Source of the DNA: Raillietiella orientalis
Taxonomy: Eukaryota
Assembly (NCBI GenBank): GCA_036172245.1
Contig: JAYWIR010000111.1
Coordinates: forward strand, 1-64,000
Length of the DNA: 64,000 nucleotides
Direction of reading: 5' to 3'
Both the position numbers and the translations under genes were made by a program. The notes under the pieces were generated by a model. It had not been told where the DNA came from. It did no database searches and saw only the letters and a program-made list of their open reading frames with translations. Every line of letters starts with the position of its first letter. The stretch's first letter is position 1. Positions 11,675 through 24,482 of this stretch are shown here, in pieces.

Positions 11675-14600
11675 TGCGGGCAATCGCGTCTTCTCGTCGT
11701 CTGTCCGTAACGTGTTGGAACGTGAACGGACTGCAGAACGACGAGAAGAGGCGATTAGTAGCCAACGCCCTGCGCCCCTTCGACCTCGCGTTGCTGCAGG
11801 AGATTCACGTAATCTCCGACGAGCAGGCAGCCGAAATCGAGGAGCGCGCAGGCGGAACGCTACATTGGCGGTGCGGCGGCGCACACACGTGCGGCGTCGC
11901 GTTCCTCTTAAGAGGAAAAATGGCGGAAGCGGTGCGTAGTGTTCGTTTCGATGACAACGGACGGATAGGCCAGCTTGTCATCAAGTGGTCCGAGTCCATC
12001 GATCTCGTCGTTACGAACGTCTACGCGCCGAGTGGCTCTCGCTACCTCGAAGAAAGAGTAGCTTTCTTTGGTGAGGTGCAGAGCCACTGGCTCAACAACT
12101 CCGGTTTTCAAGTGGCGCACCTCGTCGCTGGGGACTTCAACGTCCGCCTGCTCTCCGACGATTGGAGCCGCCCGAGGGAGCGCGCGCTGCCCATCGAGAT
12201 GTGCGCATCCGTGCACGCCGCCAACTTGATGGTCAGCGAACCTGGAATGGAAAGATCGCTCGATCACGTTTTCCTCGATGAAAACCTGCATTCGCGTGTG
12301 GGTAGGTGAGGAAGATTGTTGACTGAGCTTTCTGACCACCACAGGTTGGAGTTTGAGATCCTTCCGCCAGGCAGGGGGCCTCCGTTGCAAAGCTGGAGGA
12401 TGCAGGCGGATTGGCTTAGCCAACCGGAGGCTGCGGAGCATCTACGTGGATACCTCCGAGGCTTTGCCATTCAAGAACTTGCGGACTGGGACGATCTCAA
12501 AAGATCTGTCCGCGAGTTGTGTTGCCAATTCCCCTTGCACCGGCTTCCACGCGGTTTCGGAGAGGGCGTGGCCAACAGTAGAGACTTTCTGCAGGCCCGC
12601 ACGTTTTCGAGACGCGCGGATGTCGGGCGTCTCGCAGAGTACAAGGCGAGGGCCGAGCGCCAGGTCTGGCAGTCCGGAGCAGCATGCCTGTTGGACGACA
12701 AGGGCCAGGAATGTTGGGCCCCAGCCGGAGTACGCCGCATTGTGAGACGCTACAACTCCTCGCTCTACGCGGAATCCCCGACGGAGGATATTCTTTCTAA
12801 GATACTCCTGTCTCAGGATGCTCGTGTTGTCGGCGAGGAGGAACGCGAACGTCTCGACGAGCCCTTCACAGCGGATGAATTTTCGTCCGCCATCGCTGGG
12901 CTGAAGAGACGAAAGGCGCCAGGCGAGGATGTGCTCCCTGCAGAGTTTTATCAGTGCTTTGCAGTATAGCTCATTCCCTTGATGCTTAAACTCGCGACGC
13001 TGATGACTGAATCCGGGAATGTCCCTGATTCCTTCCGCTCAGCGAAGGTGCGTCTCCTGCCGAAAGGCGGAGACTTGCGCCAACTTAACAACTGGCGTCC
13101 GATCACCTTGGTGAACTCGGACGTCAAGTTGTTTTCCAAGCTGTGGGTCGCGCGGTTAAAAAGAATCGCGGAATCTGTGGTGAGCCCGGAACAAACCTAC
13201 GCGGTTCCGGGACGATCCATGGAGGCGAACATCCTTTTCGCGCGTACATGGATGCAGCTGCAGGAAGTTGTGGCGCAGCAAAGCCAGGCTGCTGCGAAAG
13301 TCACTGCCGCAGGCAAAAAGAACAGGCGCCGACGGCAGGAGGGAATGCCAGGTGCCTTGGCGGTCGCGGTCGATCTCCACAAGGCGTTCGACTGCGTAAA
13401 CCAGAAGCTGCTTTTAAAGCTTATGGAACGCCTTGGGTTCCCGGCGCAACTCCTGCTGTATTTGCGCGCGTGCTGGCGCCACGCGCTAGCCTGCATCACT
13501 TTTAGCGGCTGCCGCGTGTATGGTATTCCCGTTCGTAGGGGCATCCGACAGGGCGACAGCTTAAGCCCGTTGCTCTTTAACATCTTCTTTGAGTTGGTGC
13601 TAAGAGCATACAGGCTGACGCTGTCTCACTTGCCAAGCTCCTGCCCGGGAACGCCTGCCGTGGCCGCCTACGCTGATGACCTGCTTCTTCTGCTCCCCAT
13701 GTCCACCCCGGCGTCCAGTGTCGAGGATTTCTTCGACCTGATTCGTTGGGGAGCGGGCGTGAGCGTGAACAGAGAGAAGAGCGTGGTCGTTCCTGTGGGT
13801 ACGTCGTGGGAGGGGCAGTCCGACTGGATCCGCCTGGGGATCCCCACGGGCGGGTACTTTAAGTACCTTGGCATTCCGTTGGGCGCTTTCGGCGCAGCCG
13901 AAGCGTGGGCGGACTGTCTTCAGAAAGCAGAGTTGGCCATCAGCCCGTTCTTTAACGGCAAGTTTACCTTGCAGGAACGGGCGACTATTTGGAACACCTT
14001 TGTGGCCCCCCTCCTCCGTCCCCTGTTTTTTGTTTTGGACCCCCCCTATGCGGCAAAACAGCGGGCTAAACGCCTGCTCAGGAACGCTCTCTGGGGTCCG
14101 GCGAGATCCAGGATCCGCCTTAAAGATTTGTCAGCTCCGCGTCGGGATGCTGGTTTGGGTATCCTGACAATGGAGCGAATCGGACTGCAGGTGCAGTTCC
14201 GACTGCTGGCACTGTGTGCCCAGCTATGGACATCCCCCCTGTGTGTGCCAGCTCGCATTTTCCTGCGGAGATGCGCCGGCAGCGGAGGATTTCTCTCGCT
14301 TTTGCCAGGCACTCAATACAGGAAGCGGGGTTTCGGTTTTCCATTGCGGCAGTTGACCGCACTTCTGGAAGCACACTCTTGGATCTCCTGCCGCCCAATG
14401 AACTTTGAAGCTTGGCGGCAGGAGTCTGTTGAATCCTGGGCGGCGTTCCAAGGAATACGCTTTGAAGATCTTCGCCCCCTGCGCCAATTTTTTCCACGAT
14501 CCTTGGAAGAAGTACTGCAGGACGAGGTGAAGTTTTCTACCCTGGCTGCCACGCCTCTTGCCGCAGCGCTGTCTGTACTCAGGGCAAGAAACGACAGTTA

Positions 14601-15267
14601 TCAACCGGCGAGGTGGGAGGTTTCCTGCACGATAGCGGGAAGAACCAAAGTCCTTGGCACCTGGAAGATAATTGAGTTGGCGGACGCCGCCACTCCTCGT
14701 GTTACTGCAAAGGGACTCCTCCGGTGGGCAGAAGAACTTGCTGTCACCCCCGAAGAACTTGTAGTCCCTCCACAGTGTATGGACAGTTCGCTGCTCCCCC
14801 TTGCTTCGAAAGAAGCCGTGCTGCTTTTCGTTCACTGGGGTTTTCAGTGCAACGAGCGTTGGCATCGTGACTCCGGGGGACTTGCGTCTGCGAACTGCGT
14901 TCAATGCGGATCGACTGAGTCGATTCCGCACCTACTTCTGGACTGCGGTGTCCTACAAAGACTGTGGCGTAGGCTGGCATCAGCACTATTGCATCCCGTG
15001 GACACCGCAAGAGACTTGCTGCGACGATTCTTCACGCCGAGCGGGCTTTCACTAAGCGCAAGGATTGCAACCATCGGTTGCATACGCGCGATAGTTTCCG
15101 TCCGCCAGGCGTTGGTAATCAACGGACAGCACCAAGAGGTAATCAGCAAAGCATCCTTCTACATGGGAGCATCCGCTAGATGGCCTCATTTGACAGAGGA
15201 GACAAAAAGGAATCTCGCCGCAATACACCGCCGGTTTACACACCCTCAGCAGCGGCCAACCCGGTGA
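11674..15267 (+). pseudogene. ORF2 of element I: APE endonuclease, RT and CCHC finger, about 1197 codons with two in-frame stops (12307, 12967)
   Basis: WNVNG, LQE, NVYAP, GDFN, LDH and SDH (APE); NWRPITL, DLHKAFD, RQGDSLSP, YADD and YLG (RT); CVQCGSTESIPHLLLDC. Confidence 0.93.
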
Positions 15268-16832
15268 TCATTGCCCTACCCTCCATAAACTAATTTTGTA
15301 TTTTCTTTTTACACCCGCGTCCCCATAGGCTCCGGAACATTTGAGGTGCTCATCGTTTAAATCCCCGTGAGTACGGAGCCTAACCAAAAACCCTTTTCCC
15401 TTCCCTCCAGTTTTTGATTTTTGTTTGTTTCCCCTCATTCCCTCCACGCTGCGAGCGGTTTGTTTACCAGGCCTGCGTGCCGGTAATTTTTCTATGTTCT
15501 CTGTCGTTCTGTTGGTTGGGGACATTGTCCCTCACCAGTTTATTATTATTAATAAACGCCCCGGCGTGACCGGGTGATAAATTTCAATCTCCGCCTGCTA
15601 ACAGGGGAGCCAGAAACACAAGAGAACGCGATGAACGAGTTGTGCGAAGCCATGCGTGCGCGCAACTTTTTCGCGGGTGAGAAAGGAATGGTCCGCAGCA
15701 TCGACCACGTCTTCCTGGACGCTGACCTGTGTTCACGCGTCGGCAAACGGGGGAGGGTTGTGTCGACGTTGTCGGACCATTCCCGGCTAATTTTCGAGAT
15801 GCGGCCTCGCGACAAAGGACCGCCATCCAGGGATTGGCGTCTGCCGGGGGACTGGACGCGACTCTCAGGTGCGAAGGAACACCTTCGCGAATACCTGAGA
15901 GGCGTCACGCTCCGGAATCTCCAGGACTGGGACCTTTTTAAGGACTCGGTCCGCGAGTTCTGTGAGCAGTTCCCCCTGGATCGCCTGCCCCCCGGTTTCG
16001 GCGAGGGTGCTCGCAACCATCGGGCCTATTTACAGGCTCGTAGGTACGAAAGAACCCCTAATGTCCGTCGCCTGGCCGAGTACCGCGCCGGGGCCGAAAG
16101 CCAAGCCTGGCAATAAGGGTCGGCCAGCTTGCTGGACGACCAGGGCCGGGAATGTTCGTCCCCGGCGTCGGTACGGCATCTCGTGCGGAGTTTTTATTCC
16201 TCCTTTTACGCCAGGGAGCCCCCGGATCGAAACGCCTCTCGACGCTTGCTTCCGGATGGCACCCCGGCAATAGGGGAGGAGGAGGTGGAAAGCCTCGACG
16301 AGCCTTTTACCTCTGGCGAAATTCTTGCCGGTATCAAAAGGCTCAAGAGGCGTAAAGCTCCAGGGGAGGAAGGCTTGCCCGCGGAGTTCTTTCAGAGCTT
16401 CGCGGAAGAGCTGGCTCCCCTGCTGCTTAAGTTAATCAGGCTGATCCTAGACAAAGGCGATGTTCCCGCCTCGTTTCGATCAGCCAGAGTGAGGCTCCTT
16501 CCGAAAGAGGGAGACCTCAGGAATTTAAAGAACTGGCGTCCGATCACGATTGTGAATACGGACGCCAAGTTGATAGCAGGGCTATGGGCTTCGCGTCTGG
16601 GGCAGTTTGCAGAATCCGTAATTAGCCCGGAGCAGACTTATGCTGTTCGCGGGCGAAGTATGGATGCCAACCTCTTCTTCGCAAGCACATGGGTGCACCT
16701 GCAGAGAAAAGAAAAGAAAGGGATAGGGAAAGTCGGCAACCCCACATGGGGGCCGCCAGCCGGGCTGGGAAGGGACCCCCGGGCAGGGAAGGGCGCCCTA
16801 GCGCTCGCAGTTGATCTCCACAAGGCGTTCGA

Positions 16833-19800
16833 TTTTCACCCGGATTTTGCCGGGGCGTTTATAGTAAAACAAACTTTTACGAAGACGTGCGGTGGCGGGA
16901 CCATTGCTCCAGCCACGCACGAAGAAACACAGAGCCTGCCGGGTCACCGGTTCGCAGAACGGTACGGTCCACCACGGCAGCAGGGGGAAGAAGGAAAAAC
17001 AAAAAAAACAAAACAAAAAAGAAAAAGAAAAGTTGGGAGTGTAAGGGAAGGGATCACAGTTGCTGCTGGGGCCGATGCATCCTTTGCAGGATGCCGGCAA
17101 GCCTCTTCTGTATTCCTGGATCCATGTGGGGCCATCGGGACGACCTCCTTAGGAACTGGGAGGCTGGCTGGATGGCACCCTGGTCGCGTTGTCCTCCCGT
17201 AGCCTTGCTCCAAGCGGTGACGATCCCGCGTAGGCAGCACAAAGCTGCTAACGAGGCCGCTGGCCGAAGGGGGTCGGCAACGAAGAGGGCTTTCAGTGCG
17301 TCCCTGGGTTTGCCGCAGGGGATTCCGATGGCCGCGGCAAAGCGAAACCAAAGGGGCCGAAGGGCAACACAATCCACTAGCAGGTGGGGGGGGACTCCCG
17401 TTCCCCACACCTCACGCAATTGGGGTCCACCGCTCCCCAGGTCCAGTGGTGTCGGCGGGCGTTGCAGGGGAGTCCCCAGTGCTGCAACAGGAGAGCCGAC
17501 TCCTGCCATTTTAAGGTGAGGGCGGAAGTGTCCATGAGCACCGGGGGCCACTTCAGATGTTCAATGGGAACATCGAGCAGCGCGCCTCAGCGCAGAAGTC
17601 CATTGGGAGGCGTACTCGGGGTCGCAGCGTCTGTTAACTGGCCCGTCTTCCACTCTCCTATCTTCTTCTTTTTTTCGGAGATTGTTACTGTAACCACCCA
17701 CTTCGCCGCAACAGCGCTTTCCAGATCATCCATCAGGGAGGGCAGCGCAGCAGCGAGGGGGGTTCTTCCTGCCCACGCTCTTTTCTTTAGATCCTCCAGG
17801 ATCTCGCGGACCGTGCAACTTCTGTAACCCCCAAACAGCAACCTTCGTTCCTGTTGGGAGCGTTGCATGCCGAACTGTCCCCACGTTCGAACGGTTTCCT
17901 GCAACCAGGCACTACCGTTAAACGGGCAACAGGTGAGCAATCCTGGGTTTTTCCGATACAGCGCAGCCCCCTCCGTAGCTGGAGTCCGCATCGGTTAACG
18001 CGGCGACGGAGTGCAACAAACGACGTCAGTCCCGTCTTGCCGGTGGCTTGCTGGAGAAGGAGACGTGCAGGGACGCACCAACAGGTGCACCACATCTCCG
18101 GCACAAGTGCCAAAATCCGGAACTGGAGCTGCAGCTCCAACCACTCCAATGTCAGGAGGCCGAGACCAGCGTCCCGACGCGGAGCGCACAAGTCTTTTAA
18201 GCGGAATCGGGCCCTCCCGTTGCCCGAAAGGCCGATACGGAGGAGGTCCTTTGTCCGCTTTTTAATCCTCTCTGGGGGGGAACAAACAAAAAGCAATGAG
18301 CGGAGGAGAAAAGCCGCGAACGTGTTCCAAACCGCGGCCCGTTCAGGCAGGAAAAACCTGCCGCCTCGGAACGGGCCGATCGCCGTCTCTGCTTTTTGAT
18401 GGCAGCCGGACCACGTTTCCGTAGGGGAGTAGTCTTCCAACGGCACACCAAGGTACTTGAAGTACCTCAACGTGGGGATCCCCAAACGGACTCAGTCTTG
18501 CTGCCCTGCCCACGCCGCACCAACTGGCATCACGGACGACTTCGCCCTGTTCACCGTAAGTCCGGTTCCCCGATGCAGCAGGTCGAAGAACTCCTCGACC
18601 GCCGCAGCCGGGGTGGACATAGGAAGCAGCAGCAGAAGGTCGTCCGCGTATGCTGAAACGGCCGGCGTACCGGCACAGTCGTGCTGCAGGTGCGCCAGAG
18701 TTCCCCTGTACGCTCTCAGTACCAACTCAAAGTAGGTACTGGAGAACAAGGGGCTCAGGATGTCTCCCTGCCGGATCCCACGCCGTGCACGGTCTGCCAG
18801 CTGAAAGTAACATTGATGAGCGCGTCGCGCCAGCAGGAGCGCAGATAGGCCACTAACGAGGCCGGGAAGCCCAAGCGTTCCAGAAGCTCCAGAAGGAGAT
18901 TCTGGTCGACGCAATCGAATGCTTCTCGCAAGTCGATTGCGACCGCAAGGGCTCCCTCCACCACCCGACCATCCAAACCCTTGCCGGCGCACGCACCGGA
19001 ATTCCGGCTGCGCACCAAGCTCCTTTGATGTTGGAGCTCTAGCCAGGTGGAAGCGTGGAACAGCATATGTCTGTTCCGGGCTGATGAAGATGTTGGCAAC
19101 CCGTCCCAGATGCTCTGTCCAAACCTTAGTCACCAACTTAGTGTCCGCATTCACTATTGTGATGGGACGCCAGCTGTTTATGCTCCTCAGATCTCCTCCC
19201 TTAGGAAGGAGCCGCACCTTTGCCGAACAAAACGAGGCGGGAACGTCACCTGTTTCGCGTATCAACAAGGTGAGTTCCCGTACCAGGGGATTAAGCTCAG
19301 CCGCGAAAGTTTGGTAAAACTCCGCGGTCAGGCCGTCCTCCCCTGGAGCCTTCCGCCTCTTGAGCTTTCCGATGGCCGAGAGGATCTCGTCCATCGTGAA
19401 AGGCTCCTCGAGGGTCTTTCTCTGCTCCTCCCCGATCGCTGGAGCGCCTTCCGGAAGCAGGAGTCGTGAGACGTTCCTCTCCGGAGGTGCCCTGGCATAC
19501 AGGGAGGAGTAGTAACTCCGCAGCAGGCCGAGGATTTGCGCAGGTGCCGAGTGCTCCTGGCCCTGATCGTCCAGTAAGCTGGCCGATCCGGACTGCCAGG
19601 CTTGCCTCTCGGCTCCCGCTTTGTATTCCGCCAGCTTGCGGATGTCGGGGGTCCTGGCGTAACGACGGGTCTGCAGGTAGGCTCGTTCTTTACGGACCCC
19701 GGTCCCAAAACCCGTAGGTAGGCGGTGCAGAGGGAACTGGTCGCAGAACTCCTAGACCGACCGCTTGAAGCGGTCCCAATCCTGGAGTGTCCGCAGCCTG

Positions 19801-22360
19801 AAGCTCCGTATGAACGTGCGGAGATGTTCGGCCGCGTCCAGGAGCTTCAGCCAGTCCCCTGGGAGACGCCACGCTGACGAGGGGGGGCCCCTGTCGCGCG
19901 GATGGATCTCGAGGACTAGCGGGCGATGGTCGGACAGCTCGCACGGTAACTTGCCGCGCCTGCCCACGCGAGGGCACAGGTGCTCGTCAAGAAACACGTG
20001 GTCAATGCTGTCTTCCATCCCCGGTGCACTGGCCAACAGATAACAGGTGTGCACCGCCATGCACACCTCGTTGACCAGGTCACGCTCGGGATTCTGCTCA
20101 TCTGGTTTCAGGCGAACGTTGAAATCGCCTGCAACCAGATGGGCATTCCGCACGCCTGCTTCGGTCAGCCAGTCTCGCCGTAGGGCAAGGAAAAACTCTT
20201 TCCTCGCCCTCCTGTTCATGAGGTCCTTGCCGCTTGGTGCGTACACGTTCGTGACGATCAGATCGATCGAGTCAGACCACCTGAGAGTCAGCTGGCCGAC
20301 ACGACCGTGATCGTCGAACCGCACGCCCCGAGCCGCGGCCTCGACGGCTGGCCGAAGCAGGTAGGCGACACCGCAACTTTTCGCTCTCCCACACCTGTAC
20401 CATAGCCGCCCTCCGGAGATCCGTTCGATCTCTTGCGCTTGTTCTGCAGAGACCACGTGGATCTCCTGCAGCAGCGCAAGGTCGTAGGACTCGAGAAGGG
20501 CGGCCATGTCTCGTCTCTTGCCGGCGTCTGTCATGCCGTTCACGTTCCAAACGGCGATGCGCAGACGACGGCGGAAGGAGATTCCCGGCATTACTGCTGG
20601 GAAGATTAAGGTGTGGGGGAGCCCTCCTCTTGCGAGGCGGGCGGGATGTCCATGGAGGTTTCGGCCTTCTCAGGCACCTGAGGCACCTGTTCGGCCTCCA
20701 CCCCCTCCATCCCCTCCGTGTCCGTGCGTGAAAGTCTCTCAGGCGACGGGTCCCGAGAGTTTCCCACGCTCATGGCACCCTCGCTTGCGGAAGCCATCTC
20801 TTACCCTTCGACGGGGGAGACGAGCTTCCTTGGCTTTGTGGACTTACGTCCAGCCTTCTTGCGCGGTGCCGTAGAAACGGAGGCTGCGCTTCCGGCCTCC
20901 ACCTCGGGGTCGGAAGTGGGGGACTCCTGAGGGGAGGCCGGACGCCTTACGGCCTTCTTGCCAGCCTTGGAGGGTTCTGGCTGCAACGAGGCTGCCAGCT
21001 CCTCCGCGGCTCGCGCGAAGGCTACGTCATCGATGGTGGTGTCGATGACGGACGCCGCCGCCCGCTCGCTTCCCTCGCTGTTGACTGTGTCAACAGAGGG
21101 GAGGTCGTCGGTAGCGGCGAGTTCTTTCCGGCAGCGTTCGGCAACATCGAGAACGCGTTCGACAACGACGCTGCACTCTTTAATTATCGCGCTACCCTGC
21201 ACTTTCTTCTTCTGTTGGCAGGCGATTTTCTTTTCCATCGTCCTCTCCTTCTTTGATTTTTTTGCCGTTGCCACTTGCCACCCAGTCTCCTAGCCGGCTC
21301 CCTCAACTTTTTCGGCGTTGCTCGCCGGGGTCTCGGGTGGGGCCTGGGTCTTGGGCGCGGGTGGCACAGCCTTCGCGGCAGCTTTCGTCGCCAGTCTTTT
21401 CTGCAGAAGCCGGGCGCGCTTTTTAAGGTTTCTCTTGGAAACCACCCGCACTGCTGCTTTTGGGCACACCTCCCTCGTGTGGCCCATTGTGCCGCATACT
21501 TGGCACTGCACATTGGTACACCTCTTTTTGAGGTGGCCCGACGTTTTGCAGAAGCCACAGTATTTCGGCTTCCACACATACCAGAGGTCGACGGTTTCGC
21601 CTTCGACCACCAGTTTGTGGGGAAAAGTGTAGCCCTCCCGAACGGTCACGCGCGCAGCAGTGAGGCCGTGTTGCAGCCCCGTGTAGTCCTCGGAAGGACT
21701 TACTTTCGTCCACTGCGCGTGTACCGTTCCAAACTGTTCCAAAGCGGCGCGAACCTGTTCTTTGCGCATTCGCGCGGTCACGCCTAACAGGTGGACCACC
21801 ATGCTGCGGTCCGCCGTAGTGGGGAGTAGCCTGCGCGTCCCCATCACAACGGGGGTTTTAAGCAGTGGTTGGGCCAGCTCTGCTTGTTTCAGATGACCTC
21901 AACGTACTGACCCCCGCTGCGGATGGTCATAGCGCTGAGCTCCTCCTCTTTCACATCGAGAGCGCGCATGCCCTTCGAGAAGGCGAGCGCGCTCTATAAA
22001 GAATATAAATTGCCTACCTTGTAGAAAAATGAGGGGTTGCACCCCTCCTCCACATAGGCCGACAATTCCGCCGCGGCTGCAGGCGATGGCGCCGACACAA
22101 CGGCGCTCCACGCCCGCGCTGCAACGGGGACCGATTCTGTGGGGGCGGATGCCCCCACTTCCATCGCCTCTGGGGACGACGTTGCCGCCGCCCCCTGGCT
22201 CTCCATCGACTCTGAGGGCGGCGTTGCCGCTGCCCCCAGGCCATCCCTGGTGGTCGCGTCAGGCCTCGCTGCCTGATCGACCACCGAACCACACGACGCT
22301 TGCACTGGGGTAGACTTCCTGGCACGAGGAGCACCGAGAAAACACGTCCACCCTGGAGCG
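16833..22360 (-). mobile_element. Element C: full-length 5.5-kb element inserted antisense in the RT of element B, with 14-bp TSD
   Basis: CACAAGGCGTTCGA at 16819-16832 and 22361-22374. ORF1 remnants span about 22290-20591. ORF2 runs 20591-17054 with stops and frameshifts (APE 19752..20591, RT 18492..19394 with YADD). Confidence 0.93.
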
Positions 22361-22374
22361 CACAAGGCGTTCGA

Positions 22375-24259
22375 CTGTGTAGACCAGGAACTCCTCTTGG
22401 AGCTCCTGGGTCGCATGGGCTTCCCACCCTCCCTGATTTCCTACCTGCGCTCTTGCTGGCGGAATGCGATGATTACCGTCTGTTTCAGTGGGCAGAAGGT
22501 GTATGGCGTGCCGGTGCACCGGGGCATAAGGCAGGGCGATAGCCTCAGCCCCCTTCTCTTTAGCACCTACATTGAGTTGGTGCTGAGAGCGTACAGGGTG
22601 ACTTTGGCCCCCTTGCCGAGCTCGTGCCCCGGCACGCCCGCCGTAGCAGCGTACGCCGACGATCTTCTGCTCTTGTTGCCAATGTCCACCCCGGCGAAGG
22701 CGGTCGGAGACTTCTTCGATCTGCTCAGCCGCGGGACCGGACTACAGGTTAACAGGGCGAAGTCGTCGGTTGTGCCAATAGCTGCGGCGTGGGCAGGGCA
22801 GCAGGACTGGGTCCGTCTGGGGATCCCCAAGGCGAGGTGCTTCAAGTACCTTGGTGTGCCGTTGGGGGACTACTCAACTGCGGAAGCGTGGTCCAGCTGC
22901 CTCCAAAAAGTCGAGACGGCGATCGGCCCGTTCCTGGAAGGCAAGTTTCACTTGCCGGAACGGGCCGCGGTTTGGAACGTTTTCGCGGCCCCCATCCTCC
23001 TCCCTTTACTTTTTATTTGCCCTCCCACCGTGGAATCCAAGAAGAGGACGAAGGACCTCCTCCGTATCGCCCTTTGGGGCCAAGGGAGGCCCCGAGTCCC
23101 ACTGAAGGACTTGTGCGCTCCGCGTCGGGACGGCGGTCTTGGCCTCGTGACGCTGGAGCGCGTGGAGAAGCAGCTGCGGTGGCGAACCCTCGCCATCGCA
23201 GCGAAGATGTGGTGCACCCCTTGGTGCACTCCAGCCCGCCTCCTGGCCAGCCGTGTGTCCCGGTGCGATGGACTCGCGTCTTTTCTTCTCAGCCGTGGCC
23301 GGAAGATGCGAAGATGCGGCCTACTGCTCGGGCGCATGGCAACATTGGCCAAGGAGAACAGCTGGATGGTTTGCTGCCCCTCCAACTCCCCCGCCTTGCT
23401 GGAAGAGAATATTGAAACGTGGGCAGCGGTTAACCAGAGGAGCCACGAAACGTGGAGTCGTCTCCGATGCAGCCCCTACGCCCGATGCACGCTGCGGAAT
23501 CACCTGGAGATTCCAGCAAGATGCACGTGGGCAGAGACGACATGCCTAGCTACGGTGCTGCTTTTACTGAGGAGGGCACTTCACAGCAGGCGGACGCCAA
23601 GGTGGCAAGTCTCCTGCTGCATCCAGGGACGCGAAAAGTTGATCAGCGGCTGGACAACAGGAGAACTGGCAGACGCCACGACCCGGAGCGTCCAGCCGCG
23701 AGGACTAAAAAGATGGGGCTAGCTGCTGGCCATCCCTGTGGATGTGATGAAGTGGCCCCCGATTCTTCAGGAATCCAGGATCCTGCCCCTTAAGTGGAAA
23801 GAGTCGGCGTTGCTGTTGTTGCATTGGGGTTTACCCTGCAACGCACGAAGCTCTCACTGGTCAATTGGAGTTGGAGATCCTGCGTGTGTCAGGTGCGGAG
23901 AGCGCTAATTGCTCTCACACTTTATTGTGGACTGTGCCGCCCTTGGTATCCTTTGGGAACGGTTTGGGACGATCCTCGGTCTACCTACGGGCAGTTTTCC
24001 TAGAGACGTTCTTCGGCCCCTCTTCGTGAAGGACGCCCTGCAGCTAGCCGCAGCCCTTGCAGCCTTGTGCTGCGTCCGAGGCATCGTGGCGGCATGGAGT
24101 GACGCCAGTAACGAAGGAGTGGGTCAACACGCGAGGGATGTGATCCCATATGCCCAACGCTTTTTGCGGAGAGCTGCTGGATGGCCCCAACTGGGGAATA
24201 TACAGATGGACCTCGAGGGCTTCCTTCAACGGATGGGTCCTCCTCTTAGCGGACAGTGA
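22375..24259 (+). pseudogene. Distal RT and C-terminal part of the element B ORF2
   Basis: ORF 22397..23722 (RQGDSLSP, YADD) continues past stops to the TGA at 24257-24259. Confidence 0.9.
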
Positions 24260-24482
24260 TCCCTTCCCTGCCCCCCAACCTCATTTGTTTGTTTGCATTT
24301 TTGTTATTTTTTTGTTTTTCTCCATCATCTTTCGCTGCCGGGGAGTTCCACGTCGGGCTGCGTCCCGGCGTCCCGGTAGGTCATGTGCATTAGGCCGTGA
24401 GCGGGGCCTGGTACCGCGATTGTAGAGTTATTTTATAAATAAACGCCCCGGGCGTACTTGGGTGGCAACGTTAAATCCCCGC

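Larger units (their letters stand above)
9673..15580 (+). mobile_element. Element I: full-length 5.9-kb L1/Tx1-like element with 8-bp TSD
   Basis: ATTTCAAT at 9665-9672 and 15581-15588. Has a 5' GGACGTGTTTT, ORF1, ORF2, 3' UTR and terminal hairpin. Confidence 0.92.
6941..24469 (+). mobile_element. Element B: full-length L1/Tx1-like element split by three nested insertions
   Basis: ORF2 reads continuously across 8779-9147, 9574-9672, 15589-16832 and 22375-24259 once the TSD-flanked inserts are removed. 5' GGACGTGTTTT near 6947, and 3' hairpin plus GGCAAC ending at 24469. Confidence 0.85.

Noticed and set aside
11674..15267. Group II intron, retron, DGR, LTR or DIRS interpretation of the RT
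   Set aside because: The N-terminal APE, upstream CCHC ORF1, variable-length TSDs and 5' truncations define a non-LTR element. No LTRs, integrase or tyrosine recombinase are seen.
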